A stretch of 64,000 nucleotides of DNA from a virus. Taxonomy: Duplodnaviria; Heunggongvirae; Uroviricota; Caudoviricetes. The position numbers and the translations under genes are program-made. Positions 37,668-47,297 of this stretch are shown one piece after another. The DNA is taken from IMG/VR virus record IMGVR_UViG_2740892427_000001. One strand, given 5' to 3'. Each line of letters starts with the position of its first letter. Within the stretch, counting starts at the first letter, position 1. The notes beneath the pieces are model-generated. The model was given only the letters and a program-made list of their open reading frames with translations, was not told the DNA's origin and ran no database searches.

Positions 37668-40600
37668 TTACTTATTTATTGTCTCCGCGATATCAGCCAG
37701 AATGGCCTCCAGTCGCTCTCCTTCTTCCGGTCGGAAGTACAGGATATTCGGGTTAAATCCGTAGAAGACGGTTGCATCAAGCTCTGGGAAGTACTCCTTA
37801 CGACCAATCAGATCTGATGGTTTACTCTTATTGTTAAATAGTGCGGTTGAACGACTACCACACGTCAAAATGTAGGTTGGTCGTACAAGATTAATTTCTT
37901 CCCGCATAAAGTCTGTGAACTGGCCTATCTCGTCTTTGGTATAGTCTTTCTCTTTGTCCTTAACCTTCTTACAAACACCCGTGACATAAAGATCGCCCAT
38001 GCGCAGATCTCCAACTGTCAGTAGTTTTGCCTTAAAGTCGTCGTATCCGTTCTCCATGAAGTAGCCGGTACGAGCGTCATTGCCGTTCGCATTGTCCAGA
38101 ATGATCATGATTTTGGGTTTAATACCAATAGTCGGGCGTATCAACTCCTCACCCAAGCCCATTTCAGCCGCCATACGTGTCATGAGTACGTTGATTTCGG
38201 CAGAACGCTTAGGATTCATTTCGAACGGACGTGATGCTTTAACAGCGTCAATGATGAGATTGCCCATCAGCTCAGCCTGGTCGCGCAGTCGTTCAGGATC
38301 AGTTGCTGGCAGACTGCCTGGCTCAATTGACGCAAAAGCCCCTACTTTATGAAGCGACTCGCGTACACGACTGTTACATGCACGCTTCTCGACCGCTTCA
38401 TCGAATTGTGCCACTGACTCGAATTTGCCACCAACTTTCTCACGCGCACGCATAATTGCCTGACAACCATTTTCAGAACAGCCTTTCACAGCAGAGAATG
38501 GCGCATACAGTGCCTGACTGCCGTCTTCGAGTGTGCGGATCTCAATTCGGTTAGATGACACATTAACGTCTGGTGGCAATACGCGAATGCCATAGGTCAG
38601 CGCATCCTTCACCAGCCCCTGATGCTTATCCTCGCCCAGAATGGTGAGCGCAGCTGCGAAGAACTCAGCAGGGTAGTGCGTCTTTAGCCACATAGACTGA
38701 TAACTGATTAAAGAATAAGCAACACTGTGTGATTTGTTGAAGGCATATCCACCGAACTTCTCAAAGGCGTCCCATATTTCTTGGGCTTTTTCCTTACTGA
38801 GACCTTCTTGTTCAGAGACGATCTCCACGTAGTCTATGCCGTCACTAATAGCCTCGCTGTAGCTTCTACGCTTACCGTCTGAGCAATCCAGTTTTGCGTG
38901 TTTGTGAACCTCTACAGTACCTCCATTTTTGAGTGACAGTGTCACCCAGCCTGCTTGTGCTCGTTCTACAAAATCGCTGCCGATCGCTTTCATCTTATCC
39001 ATGTTCTTTTTACCGATAGCGGAACGCAGAGCGTCTGCTTCGGCCATAGAGAACCCGGCAAGTACTCGGGAACTTTGCATGATTTGTTCCTGATAGAGCA
39101 AAACACCATTAGTCTCCCGGGTGACTTCCTCAAGACGCGGATGAATTGAATGTGGAGCCATGAAGCCTTTGGCCACGGAGACATAGTCGTCCAACATGCC
39201 GGATTGGATCGGGCCTGGTCGGAAGAGTGCGGTCGTGGCGACAACGGTCTTGAAGCTCATTGGCTCGATGCCACCGCCCAGATCTTTAAGCAACTTACGC
39301 ATGGGGCCGGACTCCAGCTGGAATACGCCCTGCGTGTACCCTGCAGCGAACCCATCCAGAACCTTGCGATCGTCCAGTGGGATAGCGTCGAGATTGATGT
39401 CTTCCCCGGTACTCTCTTTGATGTAGCGTTTCGCGCTATCCAGAAGATCGAGCGTTGCCAGGCCAAGCACGTCCAGCTTAATTAGGCCCATAGCCTCGCA
39501 GTAACGCTTGTCAAATGCGATACAACGCGCGTCACCACGGCGCTCAACCGGTGTACGTTCTGTCAGAGGAACACCTGCTACGATCATCCCTGCCGCATGT
39601 CTACCAAAGCCACGCATAAGGCTTTGTAACTTGCAGGCTGCATTGAATGCATCAGGATATTTTGTTGCGTATTTGTCGAGACTTGCCAGTTGTTCGCGCA
39701 GCTCTTCCAATGGAAGGCTATCATCCTCGACGTTCTTCAGTTCTTTTGATACCGCCATATCTGCGGACTCCACACCATAAATACGAGCGGTGTCACGTAG
39801 TGCAGATGCCGCGCCCAGATAGGTGAAGTTCGGAATGCCTGCAACGTAATCTTCGCCGTAGCGTTCATTCAGATACTCGATCACCTCATGGCGACGTGCC
39901 TGGCTGAAGTCCAAGTCCGCATCCGGCAAGTCGAGACGCTCAGGGTTGATGAAACGCTCAAACAGAAGACCGTGACGGATTGGGTCGACGTTGGTTATGC
40001 CTATGCACCACGCCACCAGAGAACCGGCAGAGGAACCACGACCAGGCCCGACAGGAATGCCAGTTTCACGGCTGTGATTCATCAGATCGCGTACCATCAG
40101 GAAGTAACCACAGAATCCCAGGCGAGTCAGCGTGTCCATTTCGTACTTTAGCCGCTCAACATAAACCCTGTTCTCAGAAGCAGGTGGTGTGTATCCAAAC
40201 TCTTTTGTGGTAAGACGTTTACGCAGCCCTGCAACAGCCAGTTTCATCAGCGTTGCAGGTTCGTCGTCTGCCATCTTGGGCAGTGCTGGTGGCAATTCAT
40301 GCCAGCGCCATGTGCAGGCATCGATAATGGAGTCCTGCGTTGTTGAGGCCATTGCAGCTGTTACCGGCACATCCATGCGAACGGAGAAGGCTTTAAGCGC
40401 CTCAAGGAGATGGCGACGACCATTGATGGCGTTATCTCGCTGGTGGGGGATACGCAGACGATGCGGCTGGTCGATTTTTATGTTGTTCGTAACCATGTGC
40501 GCAATGTCTTTAATGTCTGCATCGTCGATCGATTCGTAATAAGCGGGATAGAACGCCACTGGCTCTATTTTCAATGCGCTGGCTACTTTCATCGCTCGGA

Positions 40601-41174
40601 CGTTAATCTGGTCGTAGAATGGGGTAGGGTGCGGATAAACCACGCTATAGAAGTTGTCTTTCCCGCCCGCTGTAATCAGTGAGCTTATGATTTTTGCAAA
40701 ATCGTTGCGTTGGAACACGCTACCGATGTCGGAAGTGAGCAGGATGATGTTGCCTTTGGCATATGTAGAAACCAACTGTTCGAGCGAGAGACGCGGTACA
40801 AAGTAGAACTGTTCTCGTGTGTTGGCCACCGTCATTAGTTCGCAGATGTCGCGATATCCTTTCTCATTTTTAATTAGAGCGGTAAACGAGTAGTTACGTC
40901 CTCGCTCCAATGATTCCATACATCCCTTAGACTCTTTAGCAAGTTTAGCCCGGTGCTCGTATGTGGGATCATCAACGATGTTTAGTTTCACACCACAAAT
41001 AACCGCCATGTCGTCACCAGCGGCACGTTGTAGTGGAATAACGCTCGCAATATTCATGCTATCTGCTGAAATTACAGCGGTGTAGCCAGCTTCTCTGGCA
41101 ATCTTCACCGCGTTTTCTGCTTTTAGAGCCGACTCCCCAAGTGAGAAGTCAGTTCGAACCATCAGTGCTTTCAT
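37668..41174 (-). CDS. dnaE: DNA polymerase III alpha-type catalytic subunit (DnaE family)
   Basis: 1168 aa; N-terminal PHP-domain-like region, central GPGRGSSAGSLVAWCIGIT and PDxD motifs; length close to bacterial DnaE. Confidence 0.9.
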   Translation of the reverse strand: MKALMVRTDFSLGESALKAENAVKIAREAGYTAVISADSMNIASVIPLQRAAGDDMAVICGVKLNIVDDPTYEHRAKLAKESKGCMESLERGRNYSFTALIKNEKGYRDICELMTVANTREQFYFVPRLSLEQLVSTYAKGNIILLTSDIGSVFQRNDFAKIISSLITAGGKDNFYSVVYPHPTPFYDQINVRAMKVASALKIEPVAFYPAYYESIDDADIKDIAHMVTNNIKIDQPHRLRIPHQRDNAINGRRHLLEALKAFSVRMDVPVTAAMASTTQDSIIDACTWRWHELPPALPKMADDEPATLMKLAVAGLRKRLTTKEFGYTPPASENRVYVERLKYEMDTLTRLGFCGYFLMVRDLMNHSRETGIPVGPGRGSSAGSLVAWCIGITNVDPIRHGLLFERFINPERLDLPDADLDFSQARRHEVIEYLNERYGEDYVAGIPNFTYLGAASALRDTARIYGVESADMAVSKELKNVEDDSLPLEELREQLASLDKYATKYPDAFNAACKLQSLMRGFGRHAAGMIVAGVPLTERTPVERRGDARCIAFDKRYCEAMGLIKLDVLGLATLDLLDSAKRYIKESTGEDINLDAIPLDDRKVLDGFAAGYTQGVFQLESGPMRKLLKDLGGGIEPMSFKTVVATTALFRPGPIQSGMLDDYVSVAKGFMAPHSIHPRLEEVTRETNGVLLYQEQIMQSSRVLAGFSMAEADALRSAIGKKNMDKMKAIGSDFVERAQAGWVTLSLKNGGTVEVHKHAKLDCSDGKRRSYSEAISDGIDYVEIVSEQEGLSKEKAQEIWDAFEKFGGYAFNKSHSVAYSLISYQSMWLKTHYPAEFFAAALTILGEDKHQGLVKDALTYGIRVLPPDVNVSSNRIEIRTLEDGSQALYAPFSAVKGCSENGCQAIMRAREKVGGKFESVAQFDEAVEKRACNSRVRESLHKVGAFASIEPGSLPATDPERLRDQAELMGNLIIDAVKASRPFEMNPKRSAEINVLMTRMAAEMGLGEELIRPTIGIKPKIMIILDNANGNDARTGYFMENGYDDFKAKLLTVGDLRMGDLYVTGVCKKVKDKEKDYTKDEIGQFTDFMREEINLVRPTYILTCGSRSTALFNNKSKPSDLIGRKEYFPELDATVFYGFNPNILYFRPEEGERLEAILADIAETINK

Positions 41175-41358
41175 GTGTTTTTACCTTTATGGTTTTTTTG
41201 ATTTTGTCATTGGGGAAGCCTACGAACTTCCCATACATCGAAATCGCAACTTCTTTTGCTGATTGGTGACAATCGGTCTTGTCTGGACATACCAGACAAG
41301 CCTTACCAGTTTCAGAAGCAGCGATAAGAGAGCCGAAACATCCTTTACGCACGATCAA
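41149..41358 (-). CDS. small Cys-containing hypothetical protein (69 aa), TTG start
   Basis: ORF overlapping the dnaE start; weak. Confidence 0.2.
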   Translation of the reverse strand: MIVRKGCFGSLIAASETGKACLVCPDKTDCHQSAKEVAISMYGKFVGFPNDKIKKTIKVKTHESTDGSN

Positions 41359-42590
41359 CCAAATATTTTTTGAACAACTTCACGAGCCGCTTGTGCAGAA
41401 GCTGAAGGGAGTTTGTTAATGAAAGAACGCTCAATACCTGTCACAAAGTCGCCTCGCATCATTCCAATCTTGGCCGACAACAAAAGTTCACGAGGGCCAA
41501 TTGGCTGACTGATAAGGTGTTCTTCGTATCCATCGCGAACGATACCGGCAAACTTAACCATCTTTTCTGCGTATTCATCCACGATACCGGCATTTATCAA
41601 CATGTTGATCTCTGCCTCTTTGCTCATGTATTTCACATTCGAAACGATGCCAAAACGCGAAAAGTTCGCGGCGTTCTGGATGTTTGTACCCTGGTACAAG
41701 CCGGTTTCATCACCAGATCCGTTCGTGTTGCCAGTGCCAATGAAAGCAAACCGTTCATGCGGAGTAATGCGACGCCATTCTGGAGTCGCCTCTTTGATGA
41801 CCAACGCTTCACCTTCCAGCACTGGCTGATACACGCCAAGAATCTGTGGAAACGCAAAGTCGTATTCATCCGCGAGGTAAACCCAGCCATGCTTCATTGC
41901 GAGCGCAAGCAAGCCAGGCTCGAAATACGTAGAGCCATCACGCGCCAGAATTTGCCCCGTAACATGTGCCTCTTCCATTGATGCTGTATGTTGGGCACGG
42001 ATCAACGGACGATTGAGCAAAGCACATAGTTGTGTAGGCAATGACGATTTGCCTGTTCCTGCATGACCCCACAAATAGCCAGGTATGCCAAGTTCAAGCA
42101 TCATGAAAATGTCTTTGATCAGTTCGAAGTCGCCATATACGTAGCCCTTCTTCACTTCTGGAACGAACTCTGGAAACGGCGTATTGACGTTGACGCTAAC
42201 CATGAGCGGCGTCCCACGTTTTGTTCCGAGTTCTTTCACCGTTACATTTAGCAGTTCGTGAGCTGCGACCAGATCTGTCTTGTACTCAACTGTGCCTGTG
42301 TAGCCTGGGCTACTGGTCACGCCAGATGATTTGGCCATTTCGCTTTTTTGCTCGGCACGTTTAGCTTGAATTGCATCAAGTGCCTTTTTCGATAGCGTTG
42401 GCTCATCTGGAAACTGTGTTGTGTACATTTTCAGTACGGTGTCAGGATCGGCATCTTTTACTGACTCAGGAATGCCCTCGCAATTACCATTGGCTACATG
42501 GGACTTAAAATAGTGAAATGATTTTCCGCACCACTTGCAAACAAGGTAATCAGAAGGATTTTTTTCATTTTGCAGTGCAGTAGTAGTCAT
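41355..42590 (-). CDS. AAA+ ATPase, MoxR/CobS-like
   Basis: Walker A GHAGTGKSS, Walker B VYLADEYDF; N-terminal Cys/His cluster. Confidence 0.7.
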   Translation of the reverse strand: MTTTALQNEKNPSDYLVCKWCGKSFHYFKSHVANGNCEGIPESVKDADPDTVLKMYTTQFPDEPTLSKKALDAIQAKRAEQKSEMAKSSGVTSSPGYTGTVEYKTDLVAAHELLNVTVKELGTKRGTPLMVSVNVNTPFPEFVPEVKKGYVYGDFELIKDIFMMLELGIPGYLWGHAGTGKSSLPTQLCALLNRPLIRAQHTASMEEAHVTGQILARDGSTYFEPGLLALAMKHGWVYLADEYDFAFPQILGVYQPVLEGEALVIKEATPEWRRITPHERFAFIGTGNTNGSGDETGLYQGTNIQNAANFSRFGIVSNVKYMSKEAEINMLINAGIVDEYAEKMVKFAGIVRDGYEEHLISQPIGPRELLLSAKIGMMRGDFVTGIERSFINKLPSASAQAAREVVQKIFG

Positions 42591-42685
42591 GCGTTTTTCC
42601 TTTGTTTTCTAATGAGCGTTCAACTTCTTATATAAATATATCATTATCTATCGTAAGTGGTTACTTATCGTTAAGGCTGTTTTGT

Positions 42686-44794
42686 TCACTTTAAAATGAT
42701 ACGAGATAGTTCAGTAACTACAGATGAACCAAGACTATCAACGCTCGTTACCAGGGCATGATTTGAGTAAAATCTCTCCGGTGCGTCAGTCATGATGCCA
42801 ATTGCCATCAAATCAATGTCAGTCTGCGTTTCAATTTGCTTCGCAACCGAACGCAAATGAGCGTCAAAACCTCTCCCAACAGCCCACGGCTCGCCATCGC
42901 TCAGAACAAGCATGATCTTCCTGTCCTCCATGCGACCGGAAAATAACGATGCAAGGCTGGCTATGCTTTCACCATCCACGTTATTAAGAAGTGGGAATGT
43001 GTAGCCTACGCACCCCATACGTGAGCGAACTTCGCGAGAATTTACCTTTTCATTCCAATTTTTGATGATAGGTAGCATTAAAGATTCAAAGCGAGAGAAC
43101 TCATACTTGACAGCCTTAAGTTCTCCTGCCGCCATATGACTACCAAATGTAGTGAAGCCGGTGATAATGTTGGGAACATTTATTCGATCAAGGGCATCGG
43201 CGATGGTATATGCACTTGCAAGAGCCAATTGTATCGTTATACCCCTCATTGAACCTGATAAATCAATCACTTGTTGAACACAGGCGTTAACGGCTTTAGA
43301 TTCTTCTTTTTTACGAAACACGCGATCATCATTCATTGCTAATCTGTAGATACTAGAACCATGAATGCGCCCCCGACGCTGGCCCGGTATAAACTGAACT
43401 CTGTTTCTGCTTGCTATTGCTCGCTCCAGGTCTTTTGCCAGCGTCGACGAAACACCTGACGAAAGATGCTTTTCAATATATTTGTCGAAGAGCTGGTTGC
43501 CTTCAGGAACGATGCGATAGCGGCTGATTGGACATCCTCCTAAATCAATATCGGAGAATGTTTTAATAAGCCGTTTGATATGGGCTTCTGCCTGATCAAT
43601 CGAGCCGATGAAGTCGTATGAGCGATTGTATGGCCTGTATTCGCTTTTCGAGCTTTCTGTTAACTCGCTTTTAATCGTTTCGGATAGAGCATCTTCTGTC
43701 ATGCCTCCGACTTCATCTTCTATGCTATCCAGCTCCTCTAAAGCCTCTTCCAGACTCATTTTTGACGGAGTTGGGATATCTGAAGAGCCGTCTTCTGTCG
43801 TTTTTCTTTTTTCGTGGTCAGCGGTTAATGATTCTGACGCCGCGTTATCAGAAGCATCAGAATCTGATACCTCTTTATCATTTTCTGTATCATCGAATAT
43901 TGTTTCTGATGATTCAGAATTATCTGAATCATCACTGTTGTTATTATCATGTTTGTGCTTACTATGTGATTCTGATTTGATAGATTTGTGATTATCTAAC
44001 AATGAAGGTGTCTCATGATCTTCGTTGTCTTCATTGTTTTCTCCAGAGGCATCCGTCTGGTCAGCGTCAGAAGGATCGGAAGTTTTTCCCGGAGCTGACT
44101 CCTTACCTTTGCTTTCACTTTCAGTGTCTTTGAGGATCTTAGCTATGGTCGCAGCCACCTTTACACAATCCTCGGTGCAAGACATGTTACGCACGGCCAC
44201 ATCGATACCATGTTCTTTTAATAATGAAATTGGTTTCTCAATGACAGGCCAGTATTCATCCATGAAATCTACGAACGGTGCTTGGCCATCCCAGGCTCTT
44301 ACAACCGGACAGAGAAAGAAGTTTAGAAAAAGCGCGCGCTGATCTTTGCCACAATAAGCAATAGCCTCTGAAGCCTTTGGTTTAAAGACTTTTTCGATTA
44401 TAAGGCGCTGAGTTGCCATCAGATTACGTCTTGTTCCGTTAAAGACCTGACCCATTTTTCGCTCGATGAACACGTCTTCTAAGGCATTCCATAGCGACCA
44501 GGAAGGAACGCGTCCTTTTTCTCTCATTTTGTTGGACACACGAATATCGGTAAACAAAATGTGAGCAACCTCATGATCGAGAAATCCGCGCACAGCATTC
44601 ATCAATGCCGGTGTTGCGTTATCCGGGATTGATGGGATGTTTACGAGAATTGGCTCTCCATCATCGTTATAGCGTACATAAGCGTCGTCCCCTCGTTCTG
44701 CAACAGGGATGTTTTTACCTGAAAGGAGAGCGACTACTCGTTTTACACTGTCACGGAAGTCCTGAACCTCTTTGATGGAACGTTTTTTAGACAT
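42686..44794 (-). CDS. vWA-domain protein (CobT-like partner) with long acidic Ser/Asp-rich insert
   Basis: C-terminal MIDAS motif VIDLSGSM; ~170-aa low-complexity acidic region in the middle. Confidence 0.65.
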   Translation of the reverse strand: MSKKRSIKEVQDFRDSVKRVVALLSGKNIPVAERGDDAYVRYNDDGEPILVNIPSIPDNATPALMNAVRGFLDHEVAHILFTDIRVSNKMREKGRVPSWSLWNALEDVFIERKMGQVFNGTRRNLMATQRLIIEKVFKPKASEAIAYCGKDQRALFLNFFLCPVVRAWDGQAPFVDFMDEYWPVIEKPISLLKEHGIDVAVRNMSCTEDCVKVAATIAKILKDTESESKGKESAPGKTSDPSDADQTDASGENNEDNEDHETPSLLDNHKSIKSESHSKHKHDNNNSDDSDNSESSETIFDDTENDKEVSDSDASDNAASESLTADHEKRKTTEDGSSDIPTPSKMSLEEALEELDSIEDEVGGMTEDALSETIKSELTESSKSEYRPYNRSYDFIGSIDQAEAHIKRLIKTFSDIDLGGCPISRYRIVPEGNQLFDKYIEKHLSSGVSSTLAKDLERAIASRNRVQFIPGQRRGRIHGSSIYRLAMNDDRVFRKKEESKAVNACVQQVIDLSGSMRGITIQLALASAYTIADALDRINVPNIITGFTTFGSHMAAGELKAVKYEFSRFESLMLPIIKNWNEKVNSREVRSRMGCVGYTFPLLNNVDGESIASLASLFSGRMEDRKIMLVLSDGEPWAVGRGFDAHLRSVAKQIETQTDIDLMAIGIMTDAPERFYSNHALVTSVDSLGSSVVTELSRIILK

Positions 44795-44892
44795 GGCTAA
44801 TCCTTTGTTATGAAAACAAATTATTTACTAGTGTGTTTAATGTAGCACTGCGCGAACAGGGAACTAAGCCATTCGCGCAGGGAGAAGAGGGG

Positions 44893-45105
44893 TTAACAGA
44901 TTCTGACGGCTAAAGACCCGGAGCCGGTATTGAGAAGCGTGAAGCGTTTGTTGTTAAGTTCGAATATAAATCCAGTTGTGTCATTCACACCAACCTGAAT
45001 CTGCTCATTCGGTAGATCGGTGAGGATGTCAGCTACACACTCATCAACTAATTTCTGTACGTGTCCGATCTCAAGAGCGATTAGGCTGGAAATAGTGGTG
45101 TTCAT
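44893..45105 (-). CDS. hypothetical protein (70 aa)
   Basis: ORF divergent from the HTH regulator gene. Confidence 0.35.
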   Translation of the reverse strand: MNTTISSLIALEIGHVQKLVDECVADILTDLPNEQIQVGVNDTTGFIFELNNKRFTLLNTGSGSLAVRIC

Positions 45106-45282
45106 TCAATCAGTCCATTCTAACTTATACTATGGTAAGGAATACTACTAAAATTTGTATCAATACTGAATACATTCATATCATATGCAAGTTGATTTTC
45201 TTACCTATTTTTGGCTAATTTTTCTCCGTGCAATGGCCTTTAACCGGTCTTTTAAGTGCCTATCGAAAAAAATGATAATAGC

Positions 45283-45328
45283 TTTACAACCCTAACCTTT
45301 GATGTAATATCGGTAAGCACTTACCAGA
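45283..45328 (+). promoter_or_regulatory. sigma70-like promoter TTTACA-16 bp-TAATAT overlapped by the palindrome ATCGGTAAGCACTTACCAGA
   Basis: -35 at 45283-45288, -10 at 45305-45310, palindrome at 45309-45328, ATG 45357. Confidence 0.5.
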
Positions 45329-45356
45329 GAGAATTGAACGCGCAAAGGTTGTAACC

Positions 45357-45743
45357 ATGTCTGATAACAAGATTGAATTTATAGAAAGTCGCTACGCTGC
45401 TTTTATCGCAGGGTTGATTGAATCCTCACCTATGAGCCAGGCCCAGATAGCCAAAACAATTGGGTATAAAAACGCCAACAACCTTTCTTTAATTAAAAGC
45501 GGCAAAATTCCTTTGCCTATCGATAAGGTTCGTCCGCTGGCGCTGGCACTGGGTATTGAGCCAAGTCGTCTTATGATGATGGTGCTGGAAGAACGCCAAC
45601 CCGAACTCGCAGCATTTTTATACAAAGAAGGCACTGCTCCTCTTAACGAGGACGAAAAACAGGTTCTTGCTGCATATAACGAGCGATTCGGTAAAGAGAA
45701 AGGCGCATCACAAAAGGTTGTTGAGGCCATAAAGTCTCTATGA
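45357..45743 (+). CDS. HTH-domain transcriptional regulator (XRE/Cro-cI-like)
   Basis: SQAQIAKTIGYKNANNLSLIKSGK helix-turn-helix. Confidence 0.6.
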   Translation: MSDNKIEFIESRYAAFIAGLIESSPMSQAQIAKTIGYKNANNLSLIKSGKIPLPIDKVRPLALALGIEPSRLMMMVLEERQPELAAFLYKEGTAPLNEDEKQVLAAYNERFGKEKGASQKVVEAIKSL

Positions 45744-46841
45744 AAAATTTACACGAATAAGCTCTGTTGATAGACGATCTCCCTTAAATTTGTGGTCAAT
45801 TTCGTCTAAATCCGGTTGCTCTACGATTGATGCGATGTACGTCGAGAAACTTTCTAAGGCGTCTCGCATCTCGTCCATATAATCGTGCCGGTCGTAGACC
45901 CGATCTATCCCCTCAAGACTGTGGTTCATGATTTTACGTGATACCTCCTGGCTTATGCCTAATGCTGGGAAGTAACTACGCGCAGTACGGCGCAAATCTC
46001 GGGGTGTAAATGGCTCAAGCTCCATCAGTTCTGGTCGTTCCAGAATACGACGTAATGCCTGGGCTATTGCCACTTTAGACATAGGAAGGTCTTTCCCGAT
46101 TTTTTTATTCGAAGGCACGAGCCACTGGCTGTCTTTACCATATTCGAACAACTCTTCAATACAAGTGCGCATTAATGAGCTTAAAGGCAGAGAATGCTCA
46201 CGGGCAGATTTGTTCCTCTTGCCTTGATTCCAAACCCCACGCTTAAGATTGAACTCACTTTTTTTAGCCCGCAGTACTTCGTCAGGTCGTCTTGCGGATA
46301 CAAGACATAGCCTGGCCGCCCATTTTGTACCAGCACACACATTGAAGTAGTCCCATATATTCCAGAACACCCATACCTCTGCGTCGGTCAGCTTCCGCTC
46401 GCGAGGTGTGGGCTTTGCGCCACCGGCAACTTTGTTAAGTGACATATCGTTTAACGGTGACACGTCTATCATCCCCTGGAAGGCGCACCAGCTAAGGAAC
46501 TGCTTCATCAGAGAGAAAACGCGGCGACCCATAACAATTTTGCCATCCAGTATTAGTGGGTTGACCAGTTGGTTCACCATGAACCTATTAATGTCACTTA
46601 CTTTTACATCGGCAATGTGCGGCAAAACATGTATCAAAATACAATGAACAGCGATCTCTGGCCGACGTCTGGTTATCAGCAGAGATAAGCGAGTGAATAA
46701 CATGAATGCGTCCGAGAATCTCATGTCATTGCTGACCTGGGAGATCGTAACGGCCTGCATTTGAGATGCTCTTTCGAGATACTCTATCGCCTCTTTTGAG
46801 GTGTTCTCCGCAGCGCGTGCTCTGTCAAAGCTATTTTTCAT
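45738..46841 (-). CDS. tyrosine recombinase / integrase family protein
   Basis: C-terminal catalytic region TPRDLRRTARS...NHSLEGIDRVYDRHDY (R...HxxR...Y pattern). Confidence 0.75.
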   Translation of the reverse strand: MKNSFDRARAAENTSKEAIEYLERASQMQAVTISQVSNDMRFSDAFMLFTRLSLLITRRRPEIAVHCILIHVLPHIADVKVSDINRFMVNQLVNPLILDGKIVMGRRVFSLMKQFLSWCAFQGMIDVSPLNDMSLNKVAGGAKPTPRERKLTDAEVWVFWNIWDYFNVCAGTKWAARLCLVSARRPDEVLRAKKSEFNLKRGVWNQGKRNKSAREHSLPLSSLMRTCIEELFEYGKDSQWLVPSNKKIGKDLPMSKVAIAQALRRILERPELMELEPFTPRDLRRTARSYFPALGISQEVSRKIMNHSLEGIDRVYDRHDYMDEMRDALESFSTYIASIVEQPDLDEIDHKFKGDRLSTELIRVNFS

Positions 46842-46937
46842 ATGACAATCACCGAGTTACGCCGATGTACTGTATAAGTAAACAGTATATTAGGCATAGA
46901 TTCTTATAGGATCAAGAGTAAAAGTAACTCATTTTTA

Positions 46938-46976
46938 CTAATGATTCCATACATAGTAGGTATGGAATCATTTTGA
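46938..46976. promoter_or_regulatory. 12-bp inverted repeat AATGATTCCATA-(n13)-TATGGAATCATT upstream of the recombinase gene
   Basis: perfect arms; the arm sequence recurs at 48711-48725 and 49737-49751. Confidence 0.45.
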
Positions 46977-47051
46977 CGTTGTTTTTTGAATTTTAAGGGA
47001 AACGGGAGTGAGTTTGGTGGGAATAAAAACGGCTCCTGTGAGCCGTTAAAA

Positions 47052-47297
47052 TCAGAGGGTGCTGACGTATGCAGCCAGTTCTGTGTATCCGCCAATCGGT
47101 TGGCCATCGATCAGCACTTGGGGGATAGTCTCTACCGGTTTACCAACAATTTCACTTAGTTTTTCCTTGTCGATACCGGCAGTGGTGATGTCGATGTACT
47201 CATAATCACCGTAGCCATGTCCCTTTAGTTGCTTCGCCAGCTCGACCGCACGTTTGCAGTATGAGCAGTTATCTCGTCCGTAGATAGTGATCGTCAT
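47052..47297 (-). CDS. glutaredoxin-like protein (NrdH/NrdC-like redoxin)
   Basis: IYGRDNCSYCKRA CxxC motif in an 81-aa thioredoxin-fold-sized protein. Confidence 0.75.
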   Translation of the reverse strand: MTITIYGRDNCSYCKRAVELAKQLKGHGYGDYEYIDITTAGIDKEKLSEIVGKPVETIPQVLIDGQPIGGYTELAAYVSTL

